Below, piece by piece: positions 36,424 to 46,261 of a stretch of DNA of 58,296 nt. Location: assembly GCA_017513285.1 (NCBI GenBank), contig JAFXGD010000046.1, forward strand, positions 1 through 58,296, read 5' to 3'. Every line of letters begins with the position of its first letter. The stretch's first letter is position 1. The DNA is from Alphaproteobacteria bacterium (GTDB lineage Bacteria; Pseudomonadota; Alphaproteobacteria; Rs-D84). A program made the translations under genes and the position numbers. The notes under the pieces are model-generated. The model saw only the letters and a list, made by a program, of their open reading frames with translations, had not been told where the DNA came from and searched no databases.

Positions 36424-37074
36424 CTATATTCTTTTGTCTGGCGCATTACACCATTTTGCCACCGGGCATTTTTCACATTCGGGACGCAACGCTTTACACA
36501 CATATCGTCCGTGCAAAACCATAACGTGATTTACAATTGGGTGATATTTCTTGGGAATTTTCTTTAACAATTTTACTTCAACTTTTTCCGGTGTATTATC
36601 GGCGTCATCCACCCAACCGTACCTGTGTGCATTTCGAAAAACATGTGTATCAACCCCAATATTTGGCGCATGCCACAAAACGTTGCATACGACATTTGCG
36701 GTCTTTTGGCCAATCCCCGGCAATTTCATTAATGCATCACGATTATGATATTTTTCTGGGAATTTATCTGTGACGTTTTCTGCCACCAACTGTTCGGCCA
36801 AAGCGATAATATTTTTTGCTTTGTTATTAAAGAAAGAAATAACCTTGATGTGTTCTTTTAACCCATCGATACCCAAATTCAACATTTTTTGTGGTGTTGG
36901 TGCAACTTCAAATAACTTTGGGGTGACTTCGTTTACTTTTTTATCGGTTGCCTGGGCGGACAGTATAACCGCCACCGCAAAGTTAAATTCATTTGTATGA
37001 TACAGTTCCGACCGTATGGTCATATCAACCGTTTCGGGAACAATTTCAAAATATTTTTGTGGTGTCAGTTTCAT
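36424..37074 (-). CDS. nth: Endonuclease III
   Basis: HhH-GPD motif (LMKLPGIGQKTANVV) and a 4Fe-4S loop (CKALRPECEKCPVAKWC). Confidence 0.93.
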   Translation of the reverse strand: MKLTPQKYFEIVPETVDMTIRSELYHTNEFNFAVAVILSAQATDKKVNEVTPKLFEVAPTPQKMLNLGIDGLKEHIKVISFFNNKAKNIIALAEQLVAENVTDKFPEKYHNRDALMKLPGIGQKTANVVCNVLWHAPNIGVDTHVFRNAHRYGWVDDADNTPEKVEVKLLKKIPKKYHPIVNHVMVLHGRYVCKALRPECEKCPVAKWCNAPDKRI

Positions 37075-37075
37075 A

Positions 37076-37822
37076 TTATTTCATTGTTGTTGTATACGTT
37101 GGGTTGTTTCCCAAGTATTCTGAAAATACACTGTCGCACAATCTGCCGCACCAACGTTCGCATTGTGCGGCCGCATCTTCGGGTGTTTTTTCGGTAAATT
37201 CATCTGATTTAATACGATCGGATTTGAATTCTGCGGACATATTTTTCATATCTGTCACATTGCATTTGCATTCGGATGCGTATTTGGTTTCTTCATCGAT
37301 GGTGATTTCGTGTGCATTCATACATTGATGCGATACAACGAAATATTCACGTGGCATGAAAGTCCCATTTTCGATATGATTTGTAAAAGCCGAACAAATA
37401 TCATCGCACAGTCTTTGATTTGCGATTGCGCCGGCGACTATATCATCTTCACCGAATCCCAATTCATATTCGTAAACGGACTTTACATCATATTCTTTGA
37501 CAAAGGTTTTATCATCGATTGTGGTCGTGCATTTACAGGCTTGCTTTACATCTGTTTTGACGACATCGTGATTTCCGCTGCATATACTGGGGGCTTTATC
37601 GTCCAAGCATTCCGTTGGAACAGATTTTTTACGAAAACTGTTGGCCTGTTGATTGGCGTTAAATTTCACATCCATTTGTTGTGCGTCACGTATTTGGACC
37701 ACGGTTTTTTCGGGCGTAATTGTTATATGCGCCCGATAGTGTTTTTTTAACGCATAACCTGTTGTCACCAATGCGACCAAGATTACCAAAAACGACAAAC
37801 CAATCAGTTTTCTTTTTTTCAT
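37076..37822 (-). CDS. Hypothetical membrane-anchored or secreted Cys-rich protein
   Basis: 248 aa with an N-terminal KKRK plus hydrophobic helix and about 16 Cys, often as C-x-C or C-x3-C. No family recognised. Confidence 0.55.
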   Translation of the reverse strand: MKKRKLIGLSFLVILVALVTTGYALKKHYRAHITITPEKTVVQIRDAQQMDVKFNANQQANSFRKKSVPTECLDDKAPSICSGNHDVVKTDVKQACKCTTTIDDKTFVKEYDVKSVYEYELGFGEDDIVAGAIANQRLCDDICSAFTNHIENGTFMPREYFVVSHQCMNAHEITIDEETKYASECKCNVTDMKNMSAEFKSDRIKSDEFTEKTPEDAAAQCERWCGRLCDSVFSEYLGNNPTYTTTMK

Positions 37823-37833
37823 TTGTTCTTTCT

Positions 37834-37932
37834 TTATGCTTTTTTTACTGCGATACAGAAATTACATTTCTGAATTGTCATATCAACTGTATCAGGCACT
37901 AAATCAAAGTATCTTTGCGGTGTAAGTGACAT
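37834..37932 (-). pseudogene. Chimeric 32-codon remnant: nth 5' end fused to ileS 3' end
   Basis: Encodes MSLTPQRYFDLVPDTVDMTIQKCNFCIAVKKA. The first 20 aa parallel the Nth N-terminus (MKLTPQKYFEIVPETVDMTI). The last 36 nt match the ileS 3' end at 31 of 36 positions. Confidence 0.7.
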
Positions 37933-37935
37933 TTT

Positions 37936-38157
37936 TTATTTCATCCTTCTATTGCCACGAATGTGCAACAAGATTTCTGCGTTTTGTTTTTTTACAATTC
38001 GCAGGCTGTCCAAAATTGCAAAACTTTCTTTGTCAAGATTTAGTTGGTATTGGCATATCTGTGTCGCGTTGCAACGGCCAGAGACCGACAACATTTGTTC
38101 GCATTTTGAACGTTTGGCTTCTGGATAGAAAAAATCTGCGCAATATTTTGCTGTCAT
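37936..38157 (-). CDS. Hypothetical 73-aa Cys-containing ORF (possibly a decayed paralogue of the 248-aa gene)
   Basis: AGGGG SD 11 nt after the ileS stop. Ends in ..MK-stop like the 248-aa ORF and shares a KCEQM..GRC / QCERW.GRLC patch with it. Confidence 0.35.
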   Translation of the reverse strand: MTAKYCADFFYPEAKRSKCEQMLSVSGRCNATQICQYQLNLDKESFAILDSLRIVKKQNAEILLHIRGNRRMK

Positions 38158-38168
38158 AACTTACCCCT

Positions 38169-41100
38169 TTATGCCTTTTTTACAGCGATACAGAAATTAT
38201 ATCCTTCGATATCTTTCTGATATTCGCCATCACCGGTCATCATTTCTGTGACCAATGCGTCACGCATGATGCGTTTTTTATGTTGTTCGATTGCCGCCGC
38301 CAATGCAGGGTCTGCATTATACGTCAACACGATTCTGTCGGACACGTCCAAACCTGCGACTTTACGTGTATCTTGGATAAAGCGCAAAGCATCATTGGCC
38401 AAACCTTCGGCGACCAAATCTGCGGTCACATCTGTATCCAATACGACCACGGCGGTATTGTCGGGCAAAGCGGCCCCTGCCACATCATCACGTACGGTCA
38501 AACGGGTTTCGAATTCATCTGCGTTTAATTCGTATTGACCGACGGTCATTTTGTTTCCTGTGACATTATATTCGCCACGTTTAACGGCCGGGATAATTTC
38601 TTTTAACGCCCCGCCCAAACGTGCGCCAATTTTTGGTGTAATCAAGTACACAAAACTGTCTGCCACGCCCGCAAAGTTTTCTTCAAACCGCACCGATTTG
38701 ACGTTTAATTCGTCTTTTATGATATCTGCATATTCGGGCATGCTGACACCTGCGACGGTCAAACTGTTCAAAGGCAAACGGTTACGCAATTTATATTGTT
38801 CACGCAATTGTTTACCGGTTGAAACGATTGATTGCACACGGCGCATATCGTTAACAATTTGTTCATCGATTGCACCCGGAACCGGGAAAGTGGTCAAATG
38901 CACGGATTCGCCACCTGTTAAATTGCGCCATACATATTCGGACACAAATGGGGCAAATGGTGCCAATGTGCGACACAGTGTTGTTAACACGGTGTACAGT
39001 GTATCAAATGCCGCCTGCTCTTCATCCCAGAAACGTGCACGTCCACGTCGGATATACCAATTATTTAATATATCCAAGAAACGTGTAAATTCTTTGATTG
39101 CGACATCTGGTTTGTATTCTGTCAAAGCCTTGTCCACCACACCAATCAAAACATTTAATTCCGCCAAGATATATTTATCCAATGGGTTTTCTGCACTTTG
39201 TATTTCACGTGCGGTGATATTTCCGGCATTCGCATACAGTGTAAAGAAGTGATACGCATTCCACAAAGGCGTCTGGATAGTTTTTGTTGATTCAACGAAA
39301 ACTTTACCTTCTTTATCGACCGGCACGGGTTCTGCCTTCATAAAGTTAGACCCCAAGATATACAGGCGAACGGCATCTGCGCCATATTGTTCGATTTGTT
39401 CTGATGGGTCAACAAAGTTGCGCAGTGATTTTGAAAACTTCTTTTTATTTTCATCTACCACCATACCGTTTGCAGATACCGCCATAAATGCAGGCTTGTC
39501 AAACAGTGCGGTTGCCAACACCATCAACGCATAGAACCAACCACGTGTTTGGTCTTGTCCTTCGATGATATAATCTGCCGGGAATGTTTCGTTAAATTTA
39601 TCAACGTTTTCGAATGGGTAATGCAATGATGCCCATGGCATAGACCCCGATTCCACCCAACAGTCCAATACGTCTGGTATACGTACCCAACCATCTTTGG
39701 TCAGTTTATCCAACGTTGGACGATGTAAATCTTCGATTTTTTCACCAAAGAATTCTTCTAACTCTGCGATGGAACCGAAAATTTTATATTCACCATCTTT
39801 TTCCCATATTGGCAAAGGCATCCCCCAGAAACGATTACGGGAAATCGACCATGGACGTGCATTTTCAATCCACGAACGGAAACGTTCACCTGCGGATGTC
39901 CAATTTACTTTTGCGTTATTTGCCAACAGTTTGTCTTTGATTTTTGGTACATCGATATACCAAGAATCCGTTGCACGTTGGATTAATTTTTCTTTACTGC
40001 GGTCACCAAAAGGATAACTGTGCTTATATTGTTCTTTTTTAACCAGTTTTCCGTTATTCTTTAACCAATCCATGATTTTTGGTGTTGCGACAAAGATATT
40101 TTCACCTGCGAAATCTGTGACCGTTTCATCAAAGTTGCCATATGTGTCAACGTTCAACAGAACCGGGAATTTTGGGTCGATATTTTTTGCCGCCCAAAAG
40201 TCTTCTGCCCCATACGCCGGTGCGATATGTACGATACCTGTACCGTCGCCATCGGAAACATAATCCGCCGGTATGATTTGGAACAACAAATCAGATTGCC
40301 CCGCATAGTATGGGAACAATGGCGTATAGTGCATGCCCGCCAATTCTGCGCCGGACACACGTCCGATTTCGGTTGTTGATGCGAATTGTTTTTCATATGC
40401 TTTTAATCTGGTCTCTGCGATAACATAAACGGCGCCATCTGTATCTTGCATGCGCAGGTATGTCATATTTGGATTAACGGCCAATGCCGAATTCGCCGGC
40501 AAAGTCCAAGGTGTTGTTGTCCATGCGATTGCACGATCACCATTTTCCAATTCGAACCATACTGTGACGGCATCATCAACGATTTCACGGTAATCACTGG
40601 ATGCTTCGGAATTTGAAATAACCGTACCATTTACCCAATCATATGGATTTACACTGTAATCTTTGTACAACAGACCCTTTTCATACAAAGACTTTAATGT
40701 CCACAGCATGGATTCCATATAATTTTTATCCATGGTTTTATATCCGTATCCATCGCCGATATCGACCCAACGTCCCATACGTGTGATAAAACGATTCCAA
40801 TCATTTGTATATGTCATAACATCGGTTCTGCACATATCACAGAATGCGGCGATACCATCGGCTGCGACAATATCCTTGGCGGATTTACCGACTTTCTTTT
40901 CTACGGAATTTTCTGCGGGCAAACCGTGGCAATCCCATCCCAATTCACGCACGACGTGTTTGCCATTCATTGTTTGGAAACGTCCGACCATATCTTTTAC
41001 AACCGACACGCCCAAGTGGCCCCAGTGTGGACGCCCATTGGCAAAAGGTGGCCCGTCATAGAAAGAAAACGGTGCACCCATTTTTGTTTGTTCCAAAGAT

Positions 41101-41192
41101 TTATGAAAAGTATTATTTTCCTGCCAATAATTCAGCACTTCTTGTTCCAGTGATGAAAAATCTGCACGTGGGTCTGTTTTTTTATATGCCAT
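38169..41192 (-). CDS. ileS: Isoleucine--tRNA ligase (type-2 / eukaryote-like form)
   Basis: 1007 aa with FYDGPPFANGRPHWGHL (HIGH region) and KFSKS (KMSKS). The N-terminal pattern resembles type-2 IleRS. Confidence 0.95.
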   Translation of the reverse strand: MAYKKTDPRADFSSLEQEVLNYWQENNTFHKSLEQTKMGAPFSFYDGPPFANGRPHWGHLGVSVVKDMVGRFQTMNGKHVVRELGWDCHGLPAENSVEKKVGKSAKDIVAADGIAAFCDMCRTDVMTYTNDWNRFITRMGRWVDIGDGYGYKTMDKNYMESMLWTLKSLYEKGLLYKDYSVNPYDWVNGTVISNSEASSDYREIVDDAVTVWFELENGDRAIAWTTTPWTLPANSALAVNPNMTYLRMQDTDGAVYVIAETRLKAYEKQFASTTEIGRVSGAELAGMHYTPLFPYYAGQSDLLFQIIPADYVSDGDGTGIVHIAPAYGAEDFWAAKNIDPKFPVLLNVDTYGNFDETVTDFAGENIFVATPKIMDWLKNNGKLVKKEQYKHSYPFGDRSKEKLIQRATDSWYIDVPKIKDKLLANNAKVNWTSAGERFRSWIENARPWSISRNRFWGMPLPIWEKDGEYKIFGSIAELEEFFGEKIEDLHRPTLDKLTKDGWVRIPDVLDCWVESGSMPWASLHYPFENVDKFNETFPADYIIEGQDQTRGWFYALMVLATALFDKPAFMAVSANGMVVDENKKKFSKSLRNFVDPSEQIEQYGADAVRLYILGSNFMKAEPVPVDKEGKVFVESTKTIQTPLWNAYHFFTLYANAGNITAREIQSAENPLDKYILAELNVLIGVVDKALTEYKPDVAIKEFTRFLDILNNWYIRRGRARFWDEEQAAFDTLYTVLTTLCRTLAPFAPFVSEYVWRNLTGGESVHLTTFPVPGAIDEQIVNDMRRVQSIVSTGKQLREQYKLRNRLPLNSLTVAGVSMPEYADIIKDELNVKSVRFEENFAGVADSFVYLITPKIGARLGGALKEIIPAVKRGEYNVTGNKMTVGQYELNADEFETRLTVRDDVAGAALPDNTAVVVLDTDVTADLVAEGLANDALRFIQDTRKVAGLDVSDRIVLTYNADPALAAAIEQHKKRIMRDALVTEMMTGDGEYQKDIEGYNFCIAVKKA

Positions 41193-41295
41193 TTTGTTTT
41201 CTCTTGCGTTTACTTACATATTAAAAACGGGCGCCATGCGCCCCAGCCACCGCCAAAGCGCAGTGCCCAATTATTTAATAATAATTATTGTTTTT

Positions 41296-41311
41296 TGTTT
41301 CACGTGGCACA
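41296..41311. promoter_or_regulatory. parS-like palindrome
   Basis: TGTTTCACGTGGCACA matches the canonical TGTTTCACGTGAAACA at 14 of 16 positions. Confidence 0.35.
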
Positions 41312-41351
41312 GGTTACAATGAATTTATACAAAACGCAAGTATTTGATAAC

Positions 41352-41379
41352 AAAAAAAATACCGCCCAAACGGGCGGGG
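41352..41379 (-). terminator. Intrinsic terminator after the 455-aa ORF
   Basis: CCGCCC-AAAC-GGGCGG with an A8 run on the plus strand. Confidence 0.65.
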
Positions 41380-41380
41380 G

Positions 41381-42748
41381 TTACATTCTGTGTTCGCCGA
41401 ACTTTTTTACTATTGCCAACTGTGCCTTTGTTGGTTTTTTTGTGTCTTTGACTCTATCGAATGTTTGGTCTGTTGTTTCGACGGCGAATTGCTGTCTCAT
41501 CTCGCCGACCGCATTTAATACGGCGACGTTTGACATTGGTTTGCCGTCTTTGATACGTTGGGCCGCAACAGTCAATGCCACTTTTGAACGCATTTTATTT
41601 TGTTTTGTTTTTTTGTATTCTGCATCATAATCCAAAGCAAACGTATCACACATTTGTTCGATTAAACGTTTATCGGATGTTGCGCCCAACAAAGAACGCA
41701 TAAACTCATTAACTTCTGGATTGATATTAAATCTGTTGTATTTGATTTTCAGTGTATCATACATCATACGCACAATATCTGGGTTGCAATAGTATGCATA
41801 ATCAAACCGTGCGTGTTTTAAAATTGACTTCATAAACGGTGTAATATCTTCACCTGTTATCATAATGCTTTCCATGCGTTGTTTGATAATCAGTGCGTCT
41901 TCCCAGTATTGCATAGCATATGGCGCATGATTTTTTGCCAAATCGTTATCTGGCATACTTTTAAGCGCATGTTGTTTTGCGGTGGACATAAATACATCCA
42001 TATTTCCGGTCAATCTGAAATATTCATATTTTGCTGCGTCACGCAACATGTCATTTGCCGCCGACCCTATGGCTGTTTTCACGTCTTCTGGTGTATCGGG
42101 CCATGATGGATATCTTTCTTGACGATTTTCTGCGTTAAGTTTTTTGATTTCTTCTCTGGCCGCATCTTCGGTCAGGACAAAGTTATTTTCGGCACAGAAT
42201 TTGCCCAACCGTTTCGCCAAATTTTTTGGCAACGCTTCGATTGCCTGTAAAGTCTGTTTTCTGTCCACGAATTTCAAGAAATCTTGGGTTGCGGCCTTTA
42301 ACGGATACTTGGCACCTGTCACCATTGCTTTGATACCAATGGGTGAAAATTTCTGTAATGCTGCCAAGATGCTGATATAATTCTCAATATCCCGCAATCC
42401 TTGTTCATAGTAATGATATGATTCTGTATATGCCAAAACCTTTGCATCAAATTTGGCATCGTGACCGCCAATTTGTTTATCAATCAATTCCAAGACTTCT
42501 GCTACATTCATACTTTTTTTGATACCGATTTTTGGTGTTTGATTGGATATGGTCTGTGCGATTTGTGCAAAGTCATTATTGATGTTTTTATAATCACGGT
42601 ATTTGCACATACTCTGTGGTGGCAAGAATGCAACACCACCATATGTGGTTTTGCCGATGGCGCCCAATGTTTCTGCTTCCATATATGCCGAATTGTTACT
42701 GTATATAAACAGTTCTTTTGTTAATCTGTATCTGACATTTGACGCCAT
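41381..42748 (-). CDS. Hypothetical 455-aa protein
   Basis: Long uninterrupted ORF with its own terminator. Helical, no TM segments, no family recognised. Confidence 0.6.
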   Translation of the reverse strand: MASNVRYRLTKELFIYSNNSAYMEAETLGAIGKTTYGGVAFLPPQSMCKYRDYKNINNDFAQIAQTISNQTPKIGIKKSMNVAEVLELIDKQIGGHDAKFDAKVLAYTESYHYYEQGLRDIENYISILAALQKFSPIGIKAMVTGAKYPLKAATQDFLKFVDRKQTLQAIEALPKNLAKRLGKFCAENNFVLTEDAAREEIKKLNAENRQERYPSWPDTPEDVKTAIGSAANDMLRDAAKYEYFRLTGNMDVFMSTAKQHALKSMPDNDLAKNHAPYAMQYWEDALIIKQRMESIMITGEDITPFMKSILKHARFDYAYYCNPDIVRMMYDTLKIKYNRFNINPEVNEFMRSLLGATSDKRLIEQMCDTFALDYDAEYKKTKQNKMRSKVALTVAAQRIKDGKPMSNVAVLNAVGEMRQQFAVETTDQTFDRVKDTKKPTKAQLAIVKKFGEHRM

Positions 42749-42813
42749 GCGCCATCTCCTTTGATTTATTGTTAATCACATTATACCACATTTGTGTGGT
42801 CAAAACCAAACGG

Positions 42814-44031
42814 TTATTCGTATCGTAAACTGTCGATTGGGTTTAATTTCGCCGCTTTCATTGCAGGAACAACCCCCGAAGACAAACCGACAACCACCGC
42901 CACAGACACAGACAGTACAACGGGCCAAATACTGAACGGCACATTATATCCCAATATAAATCGCCCCACACCCTGGGACAGACCGACCCCCAACACCAAA
43001 CCAATCATAGAGCCTATAAAAGAAATCAGTACAGATTCCGACAAAAATTGAATAATAATCATGCGTTCACGTGCGCCGATTGCTTTACGTATTCCGATTT
43101 CACGTGTTCTTTCTGCGACGGACACCAACATCATATTCATAATTCCGATTGCGCCCACCAACAAAGACACAGCGGCGATTGCGATTAACAGCAACTTCAT
43201 ATACCCCGTGACGGTTGTCATGGTTTCCATAATTTGCTTCATATCCATTATTTGGAAATCATCCACCGCATCGTCTTTTAATCTGTGTCTTTGGCGCAAC
43301 AGTGCGGTAATCTGTTCGATTGCCAGATTGTTATCCGCCTCTGGAAATAATTTCAATGCCACCATATTTACAGAATTTGGGAATCGTGACCCCTGCAGAC
43401 GTTTTTTCAGCGTTGTGATTGGGATAATAATCATATCGTCTTGGCTACCCATTGCGGAATCACCTTTGGCTTTGGTGACACCGATAATAACGAAAGGTGT
43501 ATTTTGCACACGAATAACTTCGCCCACCGGGTCTTTGGGCAATCCTAATTCTTCGGCGGTTTCCGGGCCGATTACGGCATATGTAGATGCATTTCGCACG
43601 GCAGACATATCAAAAAAAGTACCGTATTCCATTTCAATATTTTGCACGATTGTATAATCTGGATATACCCCAACCATCGAAGTGCCCCAGTTTTTATTGC
43701 CATAAATTGCCTGGGCTGCGCCGTTTTGTACCGGCGTGACTGCCAACACATCGGGCAAACGTGTAATAAATTCTGCATCTTGGATGGTCAAAGTATTTCT
43801 GTTCCCGGTTCTGACACCTGCTGATTGTGCGGCCCCTGCACGTATCATGATTGTATTTGTACCCAATGATGAAAATTGGTCTGTTATTTCTTTTTGGACT
43901 GTTTCGCCAACGGCCACCATAATTACCACGGCCAAAACACCGATGATTATGCCCAACACCGTCAAGAAAGACCGGATTTTATTACCGCTGATTGACAGCC
44001 AAGATTCCTTTAAAATATCGTTAAATGTCAT
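42814..44031 (-). CDS. ABC transporter permease (MacB-type, FtsX fold)
   Basis: 405 aa with an N-terminal TM segment, a large periplasmic domain and a C-terminal FtsX-like 3-TM bundle. Confidence 0.85.
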   Translation of the reverse strand: MTFNDILKESWLSISGNKIRSFLTVLGIIIGVLAVVIMVAVGETVQKEITDQFSSLGTNTIMIRAGAAQSAGVRTGNRNTLTIQDAEFITRLPDVLAVTPVQNGAAQAIYGNKNWGTSMVGVYPDYTIVQNIEMEYGTFFDMSAVRNASTYAVIGPETAEELGLPKDPVGEVIRVQNTPFVIIGVTKAKGDSAMGSQDDMIIIPITTLKKRLQGSRFPNSVNMVALKLFPEADNNLAIEQITALLRQRHRLKDDAVDDFQIMDMKQIMETMTTVTGYMKLLLIAIAAVSLLVGAIGIMNMMLVSVAERTREIGIRKAIGARERMIIIQFLSESVLISFIGSMIGLVLGVGLSQGVGRFILGYNVPFSIWPVVLSVSVAVVVGLSSGVVPAMKAAKLNPIDSLRYE

Positions 44032-44051
44032 ATGTTGCCCCCTGCCCTGTA

Positions 44052-44774
44052 TTACAGCCCCCTGTCATCACGTGGCATTTTTCCGTCATAGTTTATTTTT
44101 CCGTCACGAATATGAATTAATCTGTTGGCATATTTTGCGATATCGAATTCATGCGTAATCATAACGATTGTAATGCCCATATCTTGGTTTAACTGTTTAA
44201 AGAATTGCAAAATTTCATTACCCATTTTACTGTCCAATGCGCCGGTTGGTTCGTCTGCCAAAATCAGTTTTGGTTCACCGGCCAATGCACGTGCGATTGC
44301 CACACGTTGCTTCATTCCACCCGACAGTTGTGTTGGCAGATAACTTTCAAATTTTTCCAATCCGACCCGGCGCAGCATTTCCCTTGCCCGTGCAATTCGG
44401 TCACCCATTGGCAATCCACGATACATCAAAGGCAACATTACATTGTCCAACACGCTGCGTTTGGGTAATAAATTAAATTGTTGAAAAACAAACCCAATGG
44501 ATTCGTTTCGTGCCATGGCCAATTCGTCCGGCGTTAAACCTGTGACATCACGACCGTACAGTTCGTATGTCCCCGATGTCGGTGTATCCAACGCCCCAAT
44601 TATATTCATACACGTTGATTTTCCCGACCCCGACGGCCCCATAACTGCAACAAATTCACCCGCCTTGATATCAAAGTTTATATCAAACAGAACCTGTTGC
44701 ACACCGCCCATTTCCAACGGGAAACTTTTATTAATTTTTTTCAGTGATATAACCGTATCTTGAATTTTTTTCAT
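44052..44774 (-). CDS. ABC transporter ATP-binding protein (MacB/LolD-like)
   Basis: Walker A GPSGSGKST, signature LSGGMKQRV and Walker B ILADEPT. Confidence 0.9.
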   Translation of the reverse strand: MKKIQDTVISLKKINKSFPLEMGGVQQVLFDINFDIKAGEFVAVMGPSGSGKSTCMNIIGALDTPTSGTYELYGRDVTGLTPDELAMARNESIGFVFQQFNLLPKRSVLDNVMLPLMYRGLPMGDRIARAREMLRRVGLEKFESYLPTQLSGGMKQRVAIARALAGEPKLILADEPTGALDSKMGNEILQFFKQLNQDMGITIVMITHEFDIAKYANRLIHIRDGKINYDGKMPRDDRGL

Positions 44775-44833
44775 TTTCTCTCTCGTACCTGCGTATTATA
44801 TCACAGTTTTTTTATTGTTTTCAAATAAAACAT

Positions 44834-44863
44834 AAAAAACACCGGCAAATGCCGGCGTATTTA
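44834..44863. terminator. Intrinsic terminator (repeat family variant)
   Basis: AAAAAACACCGGCAAATGCCGGCGTATTT at the der stop codon. Confidence 0.55.
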
Positions 44864-46192
44864 ATCAAATGGGTTATCTGATTTTTCATATTCTATTATT
44901 ATTGGCAAATGTTCCCACTTTAATGCGGTTGCCAATCCACGTCTTAAATATCGTGTATAAGATTCCGGTATATCGGATGCGCCACCAACATTAATGGTGA
45001 TTTTCATTGGATGGCGTCCGGTTTGTCGTGCGAATTTGATTTTCATTGGGCGTTTTAACCGTGACATAGGTGGCTGACGGTCTGCGACCAACTTCTCTAC
45101 AATTCTGTTGATTAAACTGGTTGGTGCCTGGGCGGCAGAAATATCCCACTGTTCATATATTCTGCGGAACATATTTTGCACGCCTGTGCCTGTTTCTGCC
45201 GACACCGCCAAAATCATAGGCTTTATAATCTGGTGAAAAGAGTTTGAAAATTGATGCTTTAATTTCAGCAGTTTTTCATCACGCAACTCCGGTTCGACCA
45301 AATCCCATTTATTCAGTGCAACGCACAATATTTTACCTGCATTATAAACACGCGACGCGATGCCCAGTGCCTGGTTTTCGATATTTTTTGTTGCATCAAC
45401 CATTAAAATAACGACATCTGCTTTTTCGATTGCATCCAAAGACTTTAATGCCGACAGTGTTTCAACGTCATCTGTGACACCGGCTTTCCTGCGCAACCCG
45501 GCCGTATCCATTAACAAGATATCACGACCATAGAATTTTGTTGGGATTTTAACAGTGTCACGTGTGATACCCGGCGCATCCATAACAATTTGCTTTTTTT
45601 CACCCAACACCCGATTAACAAATGTAGATTTTCCCACATTTGGTTGCCCCAACACGGCGATTTTTATACGTGTATCTGGGTTATTGGTATCTGTTTGTTG
45701 TGCGTCGGGGCCGGCAATTTTATCAATAAATTGGAATATTTCATCAAATCCCCGTTTATGTTCGGCCGAAATCAGTGTTGGTTCCCCAAATCCCAATTTA
45801 TAGAATTCATGTACATTATTTAATCGTTTTTCCGATTCGCATTTATTCACCAACAGCAACACCGGCGCTTTGGTTTTGCGACGCACCAATTTTGCCCATT
45901 CTATGTCTTGGTTTGTGATACCGACCCGTCCATCAACAACGAACAGTATTGCATCCGAAGACGCAACGGCATCAAACGCCATTTGTGTTGAATCCAATGC
46001 GATACCGGAACGTGCGTTTTCCAATCCTGCCGTGTCGTACAGCGTATATCCACCATGTTTCATAATGCCGCTGATTGTGTCACGTGTGACACCCGGGCGG
46101 TCGTGTACCAATGCGTCCCGTGTTCCCGTCAGTGCATTAAACAATGTTGACTTACCTGTATTTGGTCGTCCTGCAATAGTTATCTTTATCAT
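44861..46192 (-). CDS. der: Ribosome-associated GTPase Der (EngA)
   Basis: Two G domains (GRPNTGKST and GQPNVGKST) plus a KH-like C-terminus. Start set to ATG 46192 (MIKITIAG). Confidence 0.92.
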   Translation of the reverse strand: MIKITIAGRPNTGKSTLFNALTGTRDALVHDRPGVTRDTISGIMKHGGYTLYDTAGLENARSGIALDSTQMAFDAVASSDAILFVVDGRVGITNQDIEWAKLVRRKTKAPVLLLVNKCESEKRLNNVHEFYKLGFGEPTLISAEHKRGFDEIFQFIDKIAGPDAQQTDTNNPDTRIKIAVLGQPNVGKSTFVNRVLGEKKQIVMDAPGITRDTVKIPTKFYGRDILLMDTAGLRRKAGVTDDVETLSALKSLDAIEKADVVILMVDATKNIENQALGIASRVYNAGKILCVALNKWDLVEPELRDEKLLKLKHQFSNSFHQIIKPMILAVSAETGTGVQNMFRRIYEQWDISAAQAPTSLINRIVEKLVADRQPPMSRLKRPMKIKFARQTGRHPMKITINVGGASDIPESYTRYLRRGLATALKWEHLPIIIEYEKSDNPFD

Positions 46193-46261
46193 CGTTTTTT
46201 CCATTGATTTTTTACAATTATAAAGCAAAAATATAAATAATCAAACCTTGGGGGTGTAAAT

